From contig CAMWYJ010000002.1 in NCBI GenBank assembly GCA_947178445.1, positions 96,479-160,478 on the forward strand: a DNA stretch of 64,000 nt, in the 5' to 3' direction. How positions within the stretch are numbered: position 1 is the stretch's first letter; every line of letters starts with the position of its first letter. The notes below the pieces were generated by a model. The model did not search any database, was not told the DNA's origin, and saw nothing but the letters and a program-made list of their open reading frames with translations. The position numbers and the translations under genes are program-made. Shown here piece by piece: positions 8,951 to 17,646 of the stretch. This DNA comes from an uncultured Clostridium sp. (GTDB lineage Bacteria; Bacillota; Clostridia; Lachnospirales; Lachnospiraceae).

Positions 8951-9216
8951 ATTAGGTGATTGCGAAACTCCTTATTTTCAAAACCTAGTTGTACAATATA
9001 GACAATATCATAAGCAGGTGCTTTGGAGCCGCCGGTGCTTAGCGAGGTTTTTTCGAGCTTAGCTCCGTTGCGAGCGACAAGCAGCACAATGCCTGAATAC
9101 TTAGTGAGGCTTTGCCGAGCTTAGTAGGAAGGTATGCCTTGTGCTGCGTGCCTGCGTTGATTTGTCTATATTGTACAACGGATGTTAACGAAAACAGAGT
9201 TTCGCAATTGCCTAAT
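8951..9216. mobile_element. MITE-like element, 266 bp, with about 55-bp terminal inverted repeats and flanking TTATTT direct repeats
   Basis: Left end ATTAGGTGATTGCGAAACTC..GTTGTACAATATAGACAA versus reverse complement of the right end ATTAGGCAATTGCGAAACTC..GTTGTACAATATAGACAA. TTATTT occurs at 8945-8950 and 9217-9222. The core is non-coding with internal repeats (CTTAGCGAGG..GAGCTTAG twice). Confidence 0.55.
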
Positions 9217-9301
9217 TTATTTCAGGTACCTATTAATAAGACACATTACTTTTCATAGTATTACAAAAAAATTCATATTCCAGCCGGATTCTTTTATCAT
9301 G

Positions 9302-9415
9302 TGTCACCAATCTTCAAAGAAACTTCGTTTGTTGCAATAGTCGCCAAATGTATATACAAGTATCTACGCTTGGCTCGTTATCTGCACAAATTGATGACCT
9401 GCTTGCGCATCAGCG
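9302..9415. repeat. GC-rich intergenic hairpin repeat (family copy C, composite)
   Basis: GTCACCAA..TTGATGACCTGCTTGCGCATCAGCG is the reverse complement of copies A and B. It encloses a GTCGCCAAATG..CGCTTGGCTCGTT module that is also present at 22922-22958. Confidence 0.5.
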
Positions 9416-9430
9416 CAATTCATTTTATTG

Positions 9431-9466
9431 TAAAATACAAAGTCGGCGGTTGTCTAACCGCCGACA
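9431..9466 (-). terminator. Rho-independent terminator after the ABC exporter
   Basis: GTCGGCGGTT-gtct-AACCGCCGAC perfect 10-bp stem, followed on the minus strand by TTTGTATTTTA. Confidence 0.7.
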
Positions 9467-9520
9467 AAAATTGAAAAATCTATGCACTTTATCTGACAAA
9501 GCCAAACGACAGTCACTCTT

Positions 9521-11281
9521 CTACTGCCATTTATCCGCCATCGTATAAAATTCATAATACATTCCCTGCTTCTCCATCAGTTCATCATGGCTTCCTTCCT
9601 CCACAATTCCCTCCTGAGTAAGCACCAGAATCCGGTCAGAATTTCTGATACTGGATAATCTGTGGGCGATGGTAAGAGTTGTCCTGCCCTCTGACAATTC
9701 CACCAGAGACTTTGCCACCGCAAATTCACTCTCATTATCCAATGCCGAGGTTGCTTCATCTAAAATCAGAATCGGAGGATTTTTCAGGAATACTCTGGCA
9801 ATACTGATCCGCTGTTTTTGTCCACCTGACAGCTTTACCCCGCGCTCTCCGATATAGGTATCATATCCATCCTTTAACTCACCTATAAATTCATCTGCTC
9901 CTGCAAGCTTTGCTGCCTTTATCACCTGTTCCTTTGAAGCATCCGGTCTTCCATAGATGATATTGTCATATACCGTTCCTGAAAACAGGTATACGTCCTG
10001 CTGGACAATTCCGATATGCTGTCGCAGGCTTTTCAGTGTAAATTCTTTTATGTTCCTTCTGTCCAGACGGATACAGCCCGAATCAATATCGTAAAATCTC
10101 GGAATCAGGTTACAAAGCGTAGTCTTCCCACCGCCTGACGGACCAACGATCGCCACCCGTTCCCCCGCTTTGATGGAAAGATTCAAATTAGAAAATACTT
10201 CGTTATGGTCGTCGGGATACTCAAAGCTCACATTTTCAAACTCTATGTTTCCCGCTACCCTCTCTAATGGAACTGCACCCTCTTCATCAAAAATATCAAT
10301 ATCTGCATCCATAATCTGCAAAAAACGCTCAATGCCGGTCATTCCCCGCTGGAACTGCTCAGCAAACTCGATAATCCGCCTTATCGTAGCAATCAGTGTG
10401 GTAACATAGAGCATGTATGCCACCAAATCACCTGGTCCGATCAGTCCCTTCACCATAAAAATTCCGCCACCTATTACAACAGAGAGATACATGATACCGT
10501 CAAACATTCTGGTAGTCGTCTGAAATGCCGCCATATATTTGTAGCTCTCTTTTTTAATTTCAAAAAACCGCTGATTGTCGGTGGCAAATTTCTGATTCTC
10601 CATCTCTTCATTAGTAAATGCCTTTACCACCTTCTGTCCCAATAAGCTGTCCTCGATACGGGCATTTAACTCCCCTATCTGGTATCTCTGCTTGGAAAAC
10701 GCCATTTTCATCTTTCTGTTCAATGCCATACAGGTGAAAAACATTACAGGAACAATACAGAATATTATCAGGGTAAGCCAGAAATTGATTCCCGACAAAA
10801 TGATAAATCCTACCACAGCTTTAATTGCTGCAATGAAAAATTCCTCCGGACAGTGATGCGCAAATTCCGTCACATCAAACAAATCATTGGTAATCCGCCC
10901 CATAATCTGACCCACTTTGGTATTGCTGTAATAGGTATTGGAAAGCTTCTGCAGATGGGAATAGGCATCTGTCCTCATAGTCGTCTCTATCTTTGCCCCC
11001 ATCACATGACCTACATCCGCCATATAATAATTGGCTATGCTGTCCACAATGCGGAGAGCAAGATAGATTCCTCCTAAAATCAGTACTGTCCGGACAGACA
11101 ATGCTGCCAGATCCCGCAGCCCCTCATTGGTGATATACCTCATAATCAGTGGCAGTACCAGCTCACAGATGGTTGTCAGTGCTGCACAAAATAAATCCAG
11201 CGCCACCGTTCCTATATGTGGTTTGTAATATGGTAAAAACCGTTTCAAAAGCTCTGTTGTCTTATATTCTCTCGTATCCAT
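9521..11281 (-). CDS. ABC transporter, fused permease/ATP-binding (MsbA/exporter type)
   Basis: Six-TM N-domain, Walker A GPSGGGKTT, signature LSGGQKQR, Walker B ILILDEATSALD. ATG at 11281 (MDTREYK) follows GAGGT. The track start at 11302 is a TTG. Confidence 0.9.
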   Translation of the reverse strand: MDTREYKTTELLKRFLPYYKPHIGTVALDLFCAALTTICELVLPLIMRYITNEGLRDLAALSVRTVLILGGIYLALRIVDSIANYYMADVGHVMGAKIETTMRTDAYSHLQKLSNTYYSNTKVGQIMGRITNDLFDVTEFAHHCPEEFFIAAIKAVVGFIILSGINFWLTLIIFCIVPVMFFTCMALNRKMKMAFSKQRYQIGELNARIEDSLLGQKVVKAFTNEEMENQKFATDNQRFFEIKKESYKYMAAFQTTTRMFDGIMYLSVVIGGGIFMVKGLIGPGDLVAYMLYVTTLIATIRRIIEFAEQFQRGMTGIERFLQIMDADIDIFDEEGAVPLERVAGNIEFENVSFEYPDDHNEVFSNLNLSIKAGERVAIVGPSGGGKTTLCNLIPRFYDIDSGCIRLDRRNIKEFTLKSLRQHIGIVQQDVYLFSGTVYDNIIYGRPDASKEQVIKAAKLAGADEFIGELKDGYDTYIGERGVKLSGGQKQRISIARVFLKNPPILILDEATSALDNESEFAVAKSLVELSEGRTTLTIAHRLSSIRNSDRILVLTQEGIVEEGSHDELMEKQGMYYEFYTMADKWQ

Positions 11282-11294
11282 GATTACCTCACAG

Positions 11295-11849
11295 CTATAC
11301 AATATGGAAACATAATGCGTCTAAATAATTATAGATTATATCAGAGGGCAAATAGAATGTATACGGAGCCGTAAAGACAGCCATTGCCAATGCCACCTTT
11401 TTCCTCTGTTCCTGTGTCAATTCTGTCTTTTTAAGACAAAATTTGTAATTAAAAAGATAAATAAAGTAACCGCTAATAAGCACACATACAGTAACCCAAA
11501 GAAAGGACCAGATGCTGCCAAATGGATTGTATGCCACTGGGTCTATAATATTATAATACCACCATTCTCCAAAAGCGCTGTTTCTAATATAAATCAATTC
11601 CGCCAGAATCATCCCAAGAGCGCCAATAAAATCAGCCCCTAATCCGCATAGCCAGATTCTCAATATCGACTTTTTGGCCTGATATTTTCGATTAGGAATT
11701 TTGTAATATCCCATGACCAACACCAATACTACAAGATCAATCAGAAAATTTGCCGGCAAAACCACAAGCCATGTAATTGGAAAAATCCAAAGCAGCCAGA
11801 TTGGAAAAATAGCATCATACAACACGGTTGTCTTCACTGTTTTCTTCAT
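11295..11849 (-). CDS. Hypothetical polytopic membrane protein
   Basis: 184 aa with about 5 hydrophobic segments, immediately upstream of and nearly abutting the ABC exporter. Family not recognised. Confidence 0.6.
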   Translation of the reverse strand: MKKTVKTTVLYDAIFPIWLLWIFPITWLVVLPANFLIDLVVLVLVMGYYKIPNRKYQAKKSILRIWLCGLGADFIGALGMILAELIYIRNSAFGEWWYYNIIDPVAYNPFGSIWSFLWVTVCVLISGYFIYLFNYKFCLKKTELTQEQRKKVALAMAVFTAPYTFYLPSDIIYNYLDALCFHIV

Positions 11850-12150
11850 TATACTATCTCCTCCTTCACCCTTTTTCCATCTTCAATCTTTTTATTAAAA
11901 ACAATTCCAAACCAGAGGTCGCATACTATGAATAAAAGTATAACACAAGCGACACAAAATGATAAGCAGATTTCATGTTTCCTCCGCATGAATGTCAGTA
12001 AATGCATACAAAAGCATGGGTAAAAAAACACAAAAAATACTGACATTAATAGAACATAAAAATATCATCAGATAAAGTTCCCTTAACGTCAGCATTCTTT
12101 GAAATAATCTTTTGCGTCAAACACATCATGTTATGTCTTCTCAAACTGCA

Positions 12151-12798
12151 TCATCCATGATTCGGTCTTTTCTTTACCATTTGGGCATAATATGTAATCT
12201 CCGTCAAAAGCTTAACCTTCTCTTCCCTTGATGCTGTTCTCTCTGCTTTTGTAATAGCTGCCCCCTTCTCACTGGTAACATACTTCGGCTGTACGTTATT
12301 GAGTGTCAGTGTCAGCAAATCCCTGCGGCAGACAGGACAGGTACAAATCCCTAAACTATCAATGTATTCATCAATCTCCGATCGGATTACATCCTCCATG
12401 ACATTATGAACCATCCGATTACGGCTTACCCACAGCATATTGTCAATCCTTCTCTTTACGATATCTGGATTTAGCGGCTTTGAAATAATGTCATCAGCAC
12501 CAAGCTCAAAGACACCCGTAATATCCTCTATCCGATCTAACGATGTTAAAACCAGGACAGGAATATTTCTATGTACAGGATTACTCTCGATGCTTTTCAG
12601 CAGTTCTAATCCCTGTGCTGCCGGCACAGGCAAATCAATTATAATCAAATCAATCTCCCCAGCATTTTTTTCCAAATATAAAAGCCCCTCATCTTTGTTT
12701 TGAACCAGTATGCATTCGTAATCCACCTTTAACAAATCCTTCAGCATTTCCTGAACGGACTCGTTATTATCCACTAAAAGTATGTTTTTTTGTCGCAT
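12151..12798 (-). CDS. Response-regulator receiver domain fused to a ComFB-like domain
   Basis: REC motifs (LLVDNNES, LIIIDL, SKP) followed by GICTCPVCRRDLLTLTLNNVQPKYV, which matches my memory of the Cys-rich ComFB (PF10719) signature. Confidence 0.75.
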   Translation of the reverse strand: MRQKNILLVDNNESVQEMLKDLLKVDYECILVQNKDEGLLYLEKNAGEIDLIIIDLPVPAAQGLELLKSIESNPVHRNIPVLVLTSLDRIEDITGVFELGADDIISKPLNPDIVKRRIDNMLWVSRNRMVHNVMEDVIRSEIDEYIDSLGICTCPVCRRDLLTLTLNNVQPKYVTSEKGAAITKAERTASREEKVKLLTEITYYAQMVKKRPNHG

Positions 12799-12870
12799 CT
12801 TTCGTCCTCTTACCCCTTCTTAACACGTAATTTTTTCTACTCCGTCTCAACTGATATGCTATAGGCTATA

Positions 12871-12899
12871 ATTATAATACATTTCTTTCAAATCGTCAA
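12871..12899 (-). promoter_or_regulatory. Sigma-A-type promoter for the REC-ComFB gene
   Basis: Minus strand TTGACG-17 nt-TATAAT (-35 at 12894-12899, -10 at 12871-12876), about 70 nt upstream of the start codon. Confidence 0.6.
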
Positions 12900-12942
12900 A
12901 GTTACATGAAATATTATAAACGAAAGGGGGCAAATCCTCACT

Positions 12943-14217
12943 TTAGCACTGTGCCAGCGCCTGCCCGATATCTGCAATCAAATCTTCCTTATCCTCAAGA
13001 CCAACACTAATCCGGATAAGCTCAGCCGGTACACCAGCCTCCTTCAACTGCTCATCATTCATCTGGCGGTGAGTAGAAGAAGCAGGGTTTAAACAGCAGG
13101 TTCTCGCATCTGCAACATGCGTCTCAATCGCACCCATCTTTAAATTTTTCATAAAGGTACTTGCCGCTTCACGCCCGCCCTTTAAACCAAAGGATACCAC
13201 ACCACAGCTTCCATTTGGCAGATATTTCTGTGCCAATTCATAATATTTGTCACCTGGAAGGCTGCAGTAATTCACATAATCTACTTTGTCATGCTTTGAA
13301 AGATATTCTGCAACTGCCAGACCATTCTCACAGTGACGCTTCATGCGGACATGCAGGCTCTCCAAACCAAGATTCAGGATAAATGCATTCTGCGGACTCT
13401 GGATTGAACCCAAATCACGCATAAGCTGTGTCGTACATTTTGTGATAAATGCACCCTCATTTCCAAAACGCTCCGCATATGTAACACCGTGATAGCTCTC
13501 GTCCGGTGTTGTAAGTCCCGGATATTTATCGGCATGCGCCATCCAGTCAAACCTGCCACTGTCAACGATAGCACCGCCTACAGCAGCACCGTGTCCATCC
13601 ATATACTTCGTAGTAGAATGGACTACAATATCTGCGCCCCATTCAAACGGACGGCAGTTAACCGGTGTTGCAAAAGTATTATCTACAATCAGCGGCACTC
13701 CATGTGCATGAGCAACCTTTGCAAATTTCTCAATATCTAAAACCGTAAGGGCAGGATTTGCAATCGTCTCGCCAAACATCACCTTTGTATTTTCCTTGAA
13801 AGCAGCATTTAATTCCTCCTCTGTGGCATCCGGACTTACAAAGGTCACATCTATCCCCATACGCTTCATTGTTACAGAAATTAAATTAAAGGTTCCCCCA
13901 TAAATACTGCTCGAAGACACAATATGGTCACCGCATTCACAGATATTAAACAGAGCAAAGAAATTAGCCGCCTGTCCGCTGCTGGTAAGCATTGCCGCTG
14001 TACCACCTTCTAACTCGGCAATCTTTGCAGCAACATAATCATTTGTCGGGTTCTGAAGTCTTGTATAGAAATATCCACTTGCCTCTAAGTCAAACAGCTT
14101 ACCCATATCCTCACTGGTATCATACTTAAAGGTTGTGCTCTGCACGATTGGAATCTGGCGTGGTTCACCATTTCCCGGCGTATATCCACCTTGTACACAA
14201 ATACTGTTAATGTTCAT
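12943..14217 (-). CDS. metY: O-acetylhomoserine/O-acetylserine sulfhydrylase (PLP-dependent, Cys/Met metabolism family)
   Basis: 424 aa with family-typical blocks (YTRLQNPT, SSGQAA, HSTTKYMDGHG with the PLP lysine, THRQM). Confidence 0.88.
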   Translation of the reverse strand: MNINSICVQGGYTPGNGEPRQIPIVQSTTFKYDTSEDMGKLFDLEASGYFYTRLQNPTNDYVAAKIAELEGGTAAMLTSSGQAANFFALFNICECGDHIVSSSSIYGGTFNLISVTMKRMGIDVTFVSPDATEEELNAAFKENTKVMFGETIANPALTVLDIEKFAKVAHAHGVPLIVDNTFATPVNCRPFEWGADIVVHSTTKYMDGHGAAVGGAIVDSGRFDWMAHADKYPGLTTPDESYHGVTYAERFGNEGAFITKCTTQLMRDLGSIQSPQNAFILNLGLESLHVRMKRHCENGLAVAEYLSKHDKVDYVNYCSLPGDKYYELAQKYLPNGSCGVVSFGLKGGREAASTFMKNLKMGAIETHVADARTCCLNPASSTHRQMNDEQLKEAGVPAELIRISVGLEDKEDLIADIGQALAQC

Positions 14218-14227
14218 CTCAATATCC

Positions 14228-14334
14228 TCCTACTATAAATATTGAATTGCCCCCTCACCTTTGGCTCAGCGGCATGTCGTCAGAAGGCATGAAAAAATGC
14301 TCCGCATTTGCCTTCTTCCTACTATTGAATTGCC
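14228..14334. repeat. About 65-nt GC-rich insert flanked by an about 18-nt direct duplication in the metY leader
   Basis: TCCTACTAT(aaatat)TGAATTGCC at 14228-14251 and TCCTACTATTGAATTGCC at 14317-14334 bracket a hairpin-containing insert (GAAGGCA..TGCCTTC). Confidence 0.5.
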
Positions 14335-14428
14335 TTTTTACTGCCAAAAAAGCAGTATTTCTGATTCCCACTTATCATAGCATAAAACAGGAATGAAAAC
14401 ACTACCTTTTTTATTTGTCACAAACAAT

Positions 14429-14463
14429 CAAAAAAGGGCAGGTGGTATCATTTCCACCTGCCC
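14429..14463 (-). terminator. Rho-independent (bidirectional-looking) terminator
   Basis: GGGCAGGTGG-8 nt loop-CCACCTGCCC with a flanking A-run and T-run, directly after the stop of the 14477-16027 gene. Confidence 0.8.
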
Positions 14464-14476
14464 TTTGGCTTTTTTA

Positions 14477-16027
14477 TTATTCCTTCAAAATCACGATCCT
14501 GTCACCCGGTACCACATAATCCGAATCCAATTCATTCATACTCTTAATCTGTGCTACCGTTGTATAATACTGCTTTGCAATACTCCACAAAGTGTCATCC
14601 TTCTTTACCACATATCCAATCACGCCTGGCAATGCCTTCTTACGCTCTAAATTGATTGGCTTCACTTCCATGTCAAGCACCACTCTTGTACGCTCATTGG
14701 TAAATGCCAGCACATCCAATGATACCTCTGCCTTAATTTCAATCTGATTATCACTTAACTGCATAGCTGTTATCTGGTCAATAAATGGTACAATGGAATA
14801 GGTCACATCTTCCTGCATTCCCGGCACTTCAATTTCATAGGTAAAAGGAATATCAAAAGTAGTGGAACAAATGGCACCCTTTTCCTCCTTGTTAAGGTAG
14901 GTAATCTGTGTTCCTACCACCCCTTCTACTACAATACCCTTTTGAGACCGCTCTGTTTCATCAATTGACACAGCTCCCTCCACGTTACATATTTGAAGGA
15001 TACTATGCTGGCTCGGCATCATAACAAGATCTGTTACCTTTGTCTTTGCGCAATTGCGAAGCAGCAAATGCTGTACTGAAAAATCACGGCATTTAGGATT
15101 TAACTCCAGTTCTGTAGAATATGCATCCCGCAAAAGCTTCATATCCTCTCTGCCATAAAGCTTAATTTCCACCTTGAATTCCCCACTGATATCAATCAGC
15201 CGATCCTCACCATTTTCATCTGGAATGACCTTGATGTGGTACTGGTCAAGCGCAAGGACACTTCCCGAAATCATATCCTCATTTGCCATTTCCTCCTCTA
15301 ACCGTTTTTCAAACGGTACCTCCATGGTAAAGTACTGTATCGGCATTCCCTCCTCCTCTGCGGTATAAACAAGAAATATACACAATGTTCCCGTTACTAG
15401 CAGATAACCGTCTGCCGGCTTCATCTGGATACCTGTAACCGATAGGCTTTTCCAGATAACCTGATATATATTAGGCTTATTGGCTGGAATTTCCACCTGC
15501 TCCTCCACCTGCAGCAAATCCTTTCTCTGCAATTTCAGACACATCATGGAAAGGTTTCCGCCCAGTACCTCTGCTTCTGCATTGTCTTCAATATCCGTTA
15601 TCACCGTAAAATCTTCACTTTTCTTTACCTGATAGTCCATGCCAACCAATGCCTTTAAACTGATTTTTCGGGAATGAAGCATAGTTACAGTCAAATCATT
15701 TAAGCTGGCATGTACTTCTATGTAATCCTCCTCTGCTGTGCCATCTGCATTGACGTATTCTACAAATGGAACCTTCCCTTCTATACTGTCAAAAGCATTA
15801 TTTTCTTTGTCAGCACTATAGAGAATCTGATAATTCAATGTCCCTTTCATTTGAAAGCGGTCCACCATAGCCTGCATCTCGTCCACCACTACATTTCCCT
15901 TCACTAAAACGAGCCGTTCCATATCTAAATGGCTGTCTGGCACATTTATTGCATCATCTATTGTAAACTGCATTGTATTTCTGACCTTCCAGGTCGAATT
16001 GTGAATCTCTTTTTTAATAAACTCCAT
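14477..16027 (-). CDS. DUF3794-like protein with a C-terminal LysM domain (SipL-like spore coat morphogenetic protein)
   Basis: C-terminal YVVKKDDTLWSIAKQYYTTVAQIKSMNELDSDYVVPGDRIVILK is a clear LysM. The repeated beta-rich N-region and overall size resemble clostridial SipL, from memory. Confidence 0.6.
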   Translation of the reverse strand: MEFIKKEIHNSTWKVRNTMQFTIDDAINVPDSHLDMERLVLVKGNVVVDEMQAMVDRFQMKGTLNYQILYSADKENNAFDSIEGKVPFVEYVNADGTAEEDYIEVHASLNDLTVTMLHSRKISLKALVGMDYQVKKSEDFTVITDIEDNAEAEVLGGNLSMMCLKLQRKDLLQVEEQVEIPANKPNIYQVIWKSLSVTGIQMKPADGYLLVTGTLCIFLVYTAEEEGMPIQYFTMEVPFEKRLEEEMANEDMISGSVLALDQYHIKVIPDENGEDRLIDISGEFKVEIKLYGREDMKLLRDAYSTELELNPKCRDFSVQHLLLRNCAKTKVTDLVMMPSQHSILQICNVEGAVSIDETERSQKGIVVEGVVGTQITYLNKEEKGAICSTTFDIPFTYEIEVPGMQEDVTYSIVPFIDQITAMQLSDNQIEIKAEVSLDVLAFTNERTRVVLDMEVKPINLERKKALPGVIGYVVKKDDTLWSIAKQYYTTVAQIKSMNELDSDYVVPGDRIVILKE

Positions 16028-16098
16028 ACTGCCTCCTGCTCCTTAAAATGTTACTATCTTCTGTTTATTATTCTATGATAAAAGCTCCTAAAATATGA

Positions 16099-16518
16099 CT
16101 ACTTAAAATTTACCTCCAAGTCATATAATTCACATTTCACCGCAATCCATGGGTAGGTCACTTTATTATCCGCCAATATTCTATTTTCCTCAGAGATCAT
16201 TTCCGTATCCACAAATATAGCATTTTCTGTCAGATAAAGTTCATTCATTACCACATTTAAATCCATACGGTCCTGCGCGCCATACCCTACCACGATATAG
16301 AGGTAATCCTTTGTGCGATAAGTCAGCTTAAATGGCTCCTTTCTTTTTTCCTGAATAATCTCCTTAAGCTCCACTGGCAGCTTGCTCTCATCACAAATAG
16401 TGTAATCCAGATCTTTTACCTTCTTCTCATTTGTTTCCTCAAATTGACATCCGGTTAAAGCCGCCAGTAGAAAAACACCCAGCATTACCAGAAGAAAAAC
16501 TGCCCTTCTTTTTTTCAT
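16099..16518 (-). CDS. Lipoprotein, unknown function
   Basis: MKKRRAVFLLVMLGVFLLAALTGC signal peptide with a lipobox. ATG at 16518 follows GGAGAG. Confidence 0.6.
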   Translation of the reverse strand: MKKRRAVFLLVMLGVFLLAALTGCQFEETNEKKVKDLDYTICDESKLPVELKEIIQEKRKEPFKLTYRTKDYLYIVVGYGAQDRMDLNVVMNELYLTENAIFVDTEMISEENRILADNKVTYPWIAVKCELYDLEVNFK

Positions 16519-16636
16519 TCTATTTCTCTCCACCCGGCAAAAGCTTTTATTCATGTATATTTCCTTTTAGACAAAAAAATGCACCTTCCATCACCAATTT
16601 CAATATTCGATGACAGAAAGTGCATAGTCTATGAGC

Positions 16637-17254
16637 CTATTTAAACTGATGTGCTCCAAGGCTGTATTTCGCATTTCTTACATATCTCGAAAAGAATAAA
16701 TATTTTTTCATCTCTTTCTTCTTTCCATTAACCTTAATTGTTGTCGATCCATCTAACACCTCAATAGCAGCCTTGCGGCAAGACTTCATCTCACCCTTAA
16801 ACTTATGATTTTTATTCTGCTGGTCATAGGTGCTAAGTGCACGGGAAAGACTTCCATTTCTCACTGGAGAAAACTGTCCACTCTGATAAATTACCTCCTT
16901 AATGCTATTCGGGAACTTCTCGCTTTTTACACGATTCATAACCACAATTCCCACTGCCTTTTGTCCTGCATAGCTCTCGCCTCTTGCTTCACAATAAATA
17001 ATACTTGTCATATAGCGAAGCTCACTGGCTGTATATTTCTTTTTGTTATTCTTTTTCTTATTTTTCTTCGTGCTTTTTTTTGTAGCTTTCTTCTTAGCTT
17101 TCTTTGTAGTTTTCTTTGCATTTCTCTTAACAGTGCTGATGGTCTTGCTGTCTTTTGTAGTAGCTTTGGTTGTAGCAGCTGCCTCACACGGTAAACTGAG
17201 CATTATACATAATGCAACGGTAGCTACAATTACGGTTACTATTTTCTTGTTCAT
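16637..17254 (-). CDS. SleB/CwlJ-family cell wall hydrolase with a Lys-rich linker
   Basis: Signal peptide, KKxTKK low-complexity tract, then a Hydrolase_2-type block (IIYCEARGESYAGQKAVGIVVMNRV..PNSIKEVIYQSGQFSP). Confidence 0.75.
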   Translation of the reverse strand: MNKKIVTVIVATVALCIMLSLPCEAAATTKATTKDSKTISTVKRNAKKTTKKAKKKATKKSTKKNKKKNNKKKYTASELRYMTSIIYCEARGESYAGQKAVGIVVMNRVKSEKFPNSIKEVIYQSGQFSPVRNGSLSRALSTYDQQNKNHKFKGEMKSCRKAAIEVLDGSTTIKVNGKKKEMKKYLFFSRYVRNAKYSLGAHQFK

Positions 17255-17304
17255 AATTTTCGGTTTCTATTTCTATCCCGAAACCTCTCACTCCTTTTTT
17301 TGGT

Positions 17305-17440
17305 TTGTTACGAAATACGTTTCATATCCGAAACCATTTCGAAATCACTTTGTAACAGTTTCGTAACAATTATAGCATGAATTTCTATTATGTCAACCCT
17401 TTTTTTAAATTATGTCAACAATTTCCAGTATTATGTTAAC
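17305..17440. promoter_or_regulatory. Candidate operator cluster in the divergent intergenic region
   Basis: Perfect 11-bp inverted repeat TTGTTACGAAA (17305-17315) / TTTCGTAACAA (17359-17369), and three direct ATTATGT(C/T)AAC repeats at 17387, 17409 and 17430 (22- and 21-bp phasing). Confidence 0.4.
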
Positions 17441-17646
17441 ATTTTTTAATTTTTTCTTAAAATACGACAGAATTTGACTTGGTATTTCGTCATAAATTTT
17501 ACATTTTTGTAATATATTGGTTTTTGATTTGTATTACAAGTAGCATCTAAATATTAAATTACAATCAAAATCATGATAAGAACTTGCATTACCTCCTAAA
17601 ACACGATACAATAGTTGATAGAATGAATTATATAAGGAGGCTTCCT

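Noticed and set aside
8929-9087. N-terminal 53-aa extension of the ECF sigma ORF in the six-frame track (MLLVARNGAKLEK...)
   Set aside because: It reads straight through the MITE-like repeat, has no SD, and the internal ATG at 8928 has a strong GAGAGGTGAG site and yields a normal-length sigma factor.
11849-12046. 65-aa hydrophobic ORF upstream of the 184-aa membrane protein
   Set aside because: It has no convincing SD and its Cys/Phe-rich composition is typical of AT-rich non-coding translation. I could not support it as a gene.
14218-14400. S-box (SAM-I) or T-box riboswitch upstream of metY
   Set aside because: I looked on the minus strand for the conserved S-box blocks and a T-box specifier/AGAGA/T-box sequence and found none. 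An Infernal scan would be decisive.
16805-17366. Plus-strand ORFs opposite the SleB-like gene (129 aa and 107 aa, Phe/Leu-rich)
   Set aside because: They are the mirror image of the Lys-rich AAG/AAA linker, so classic shadow ORFs.
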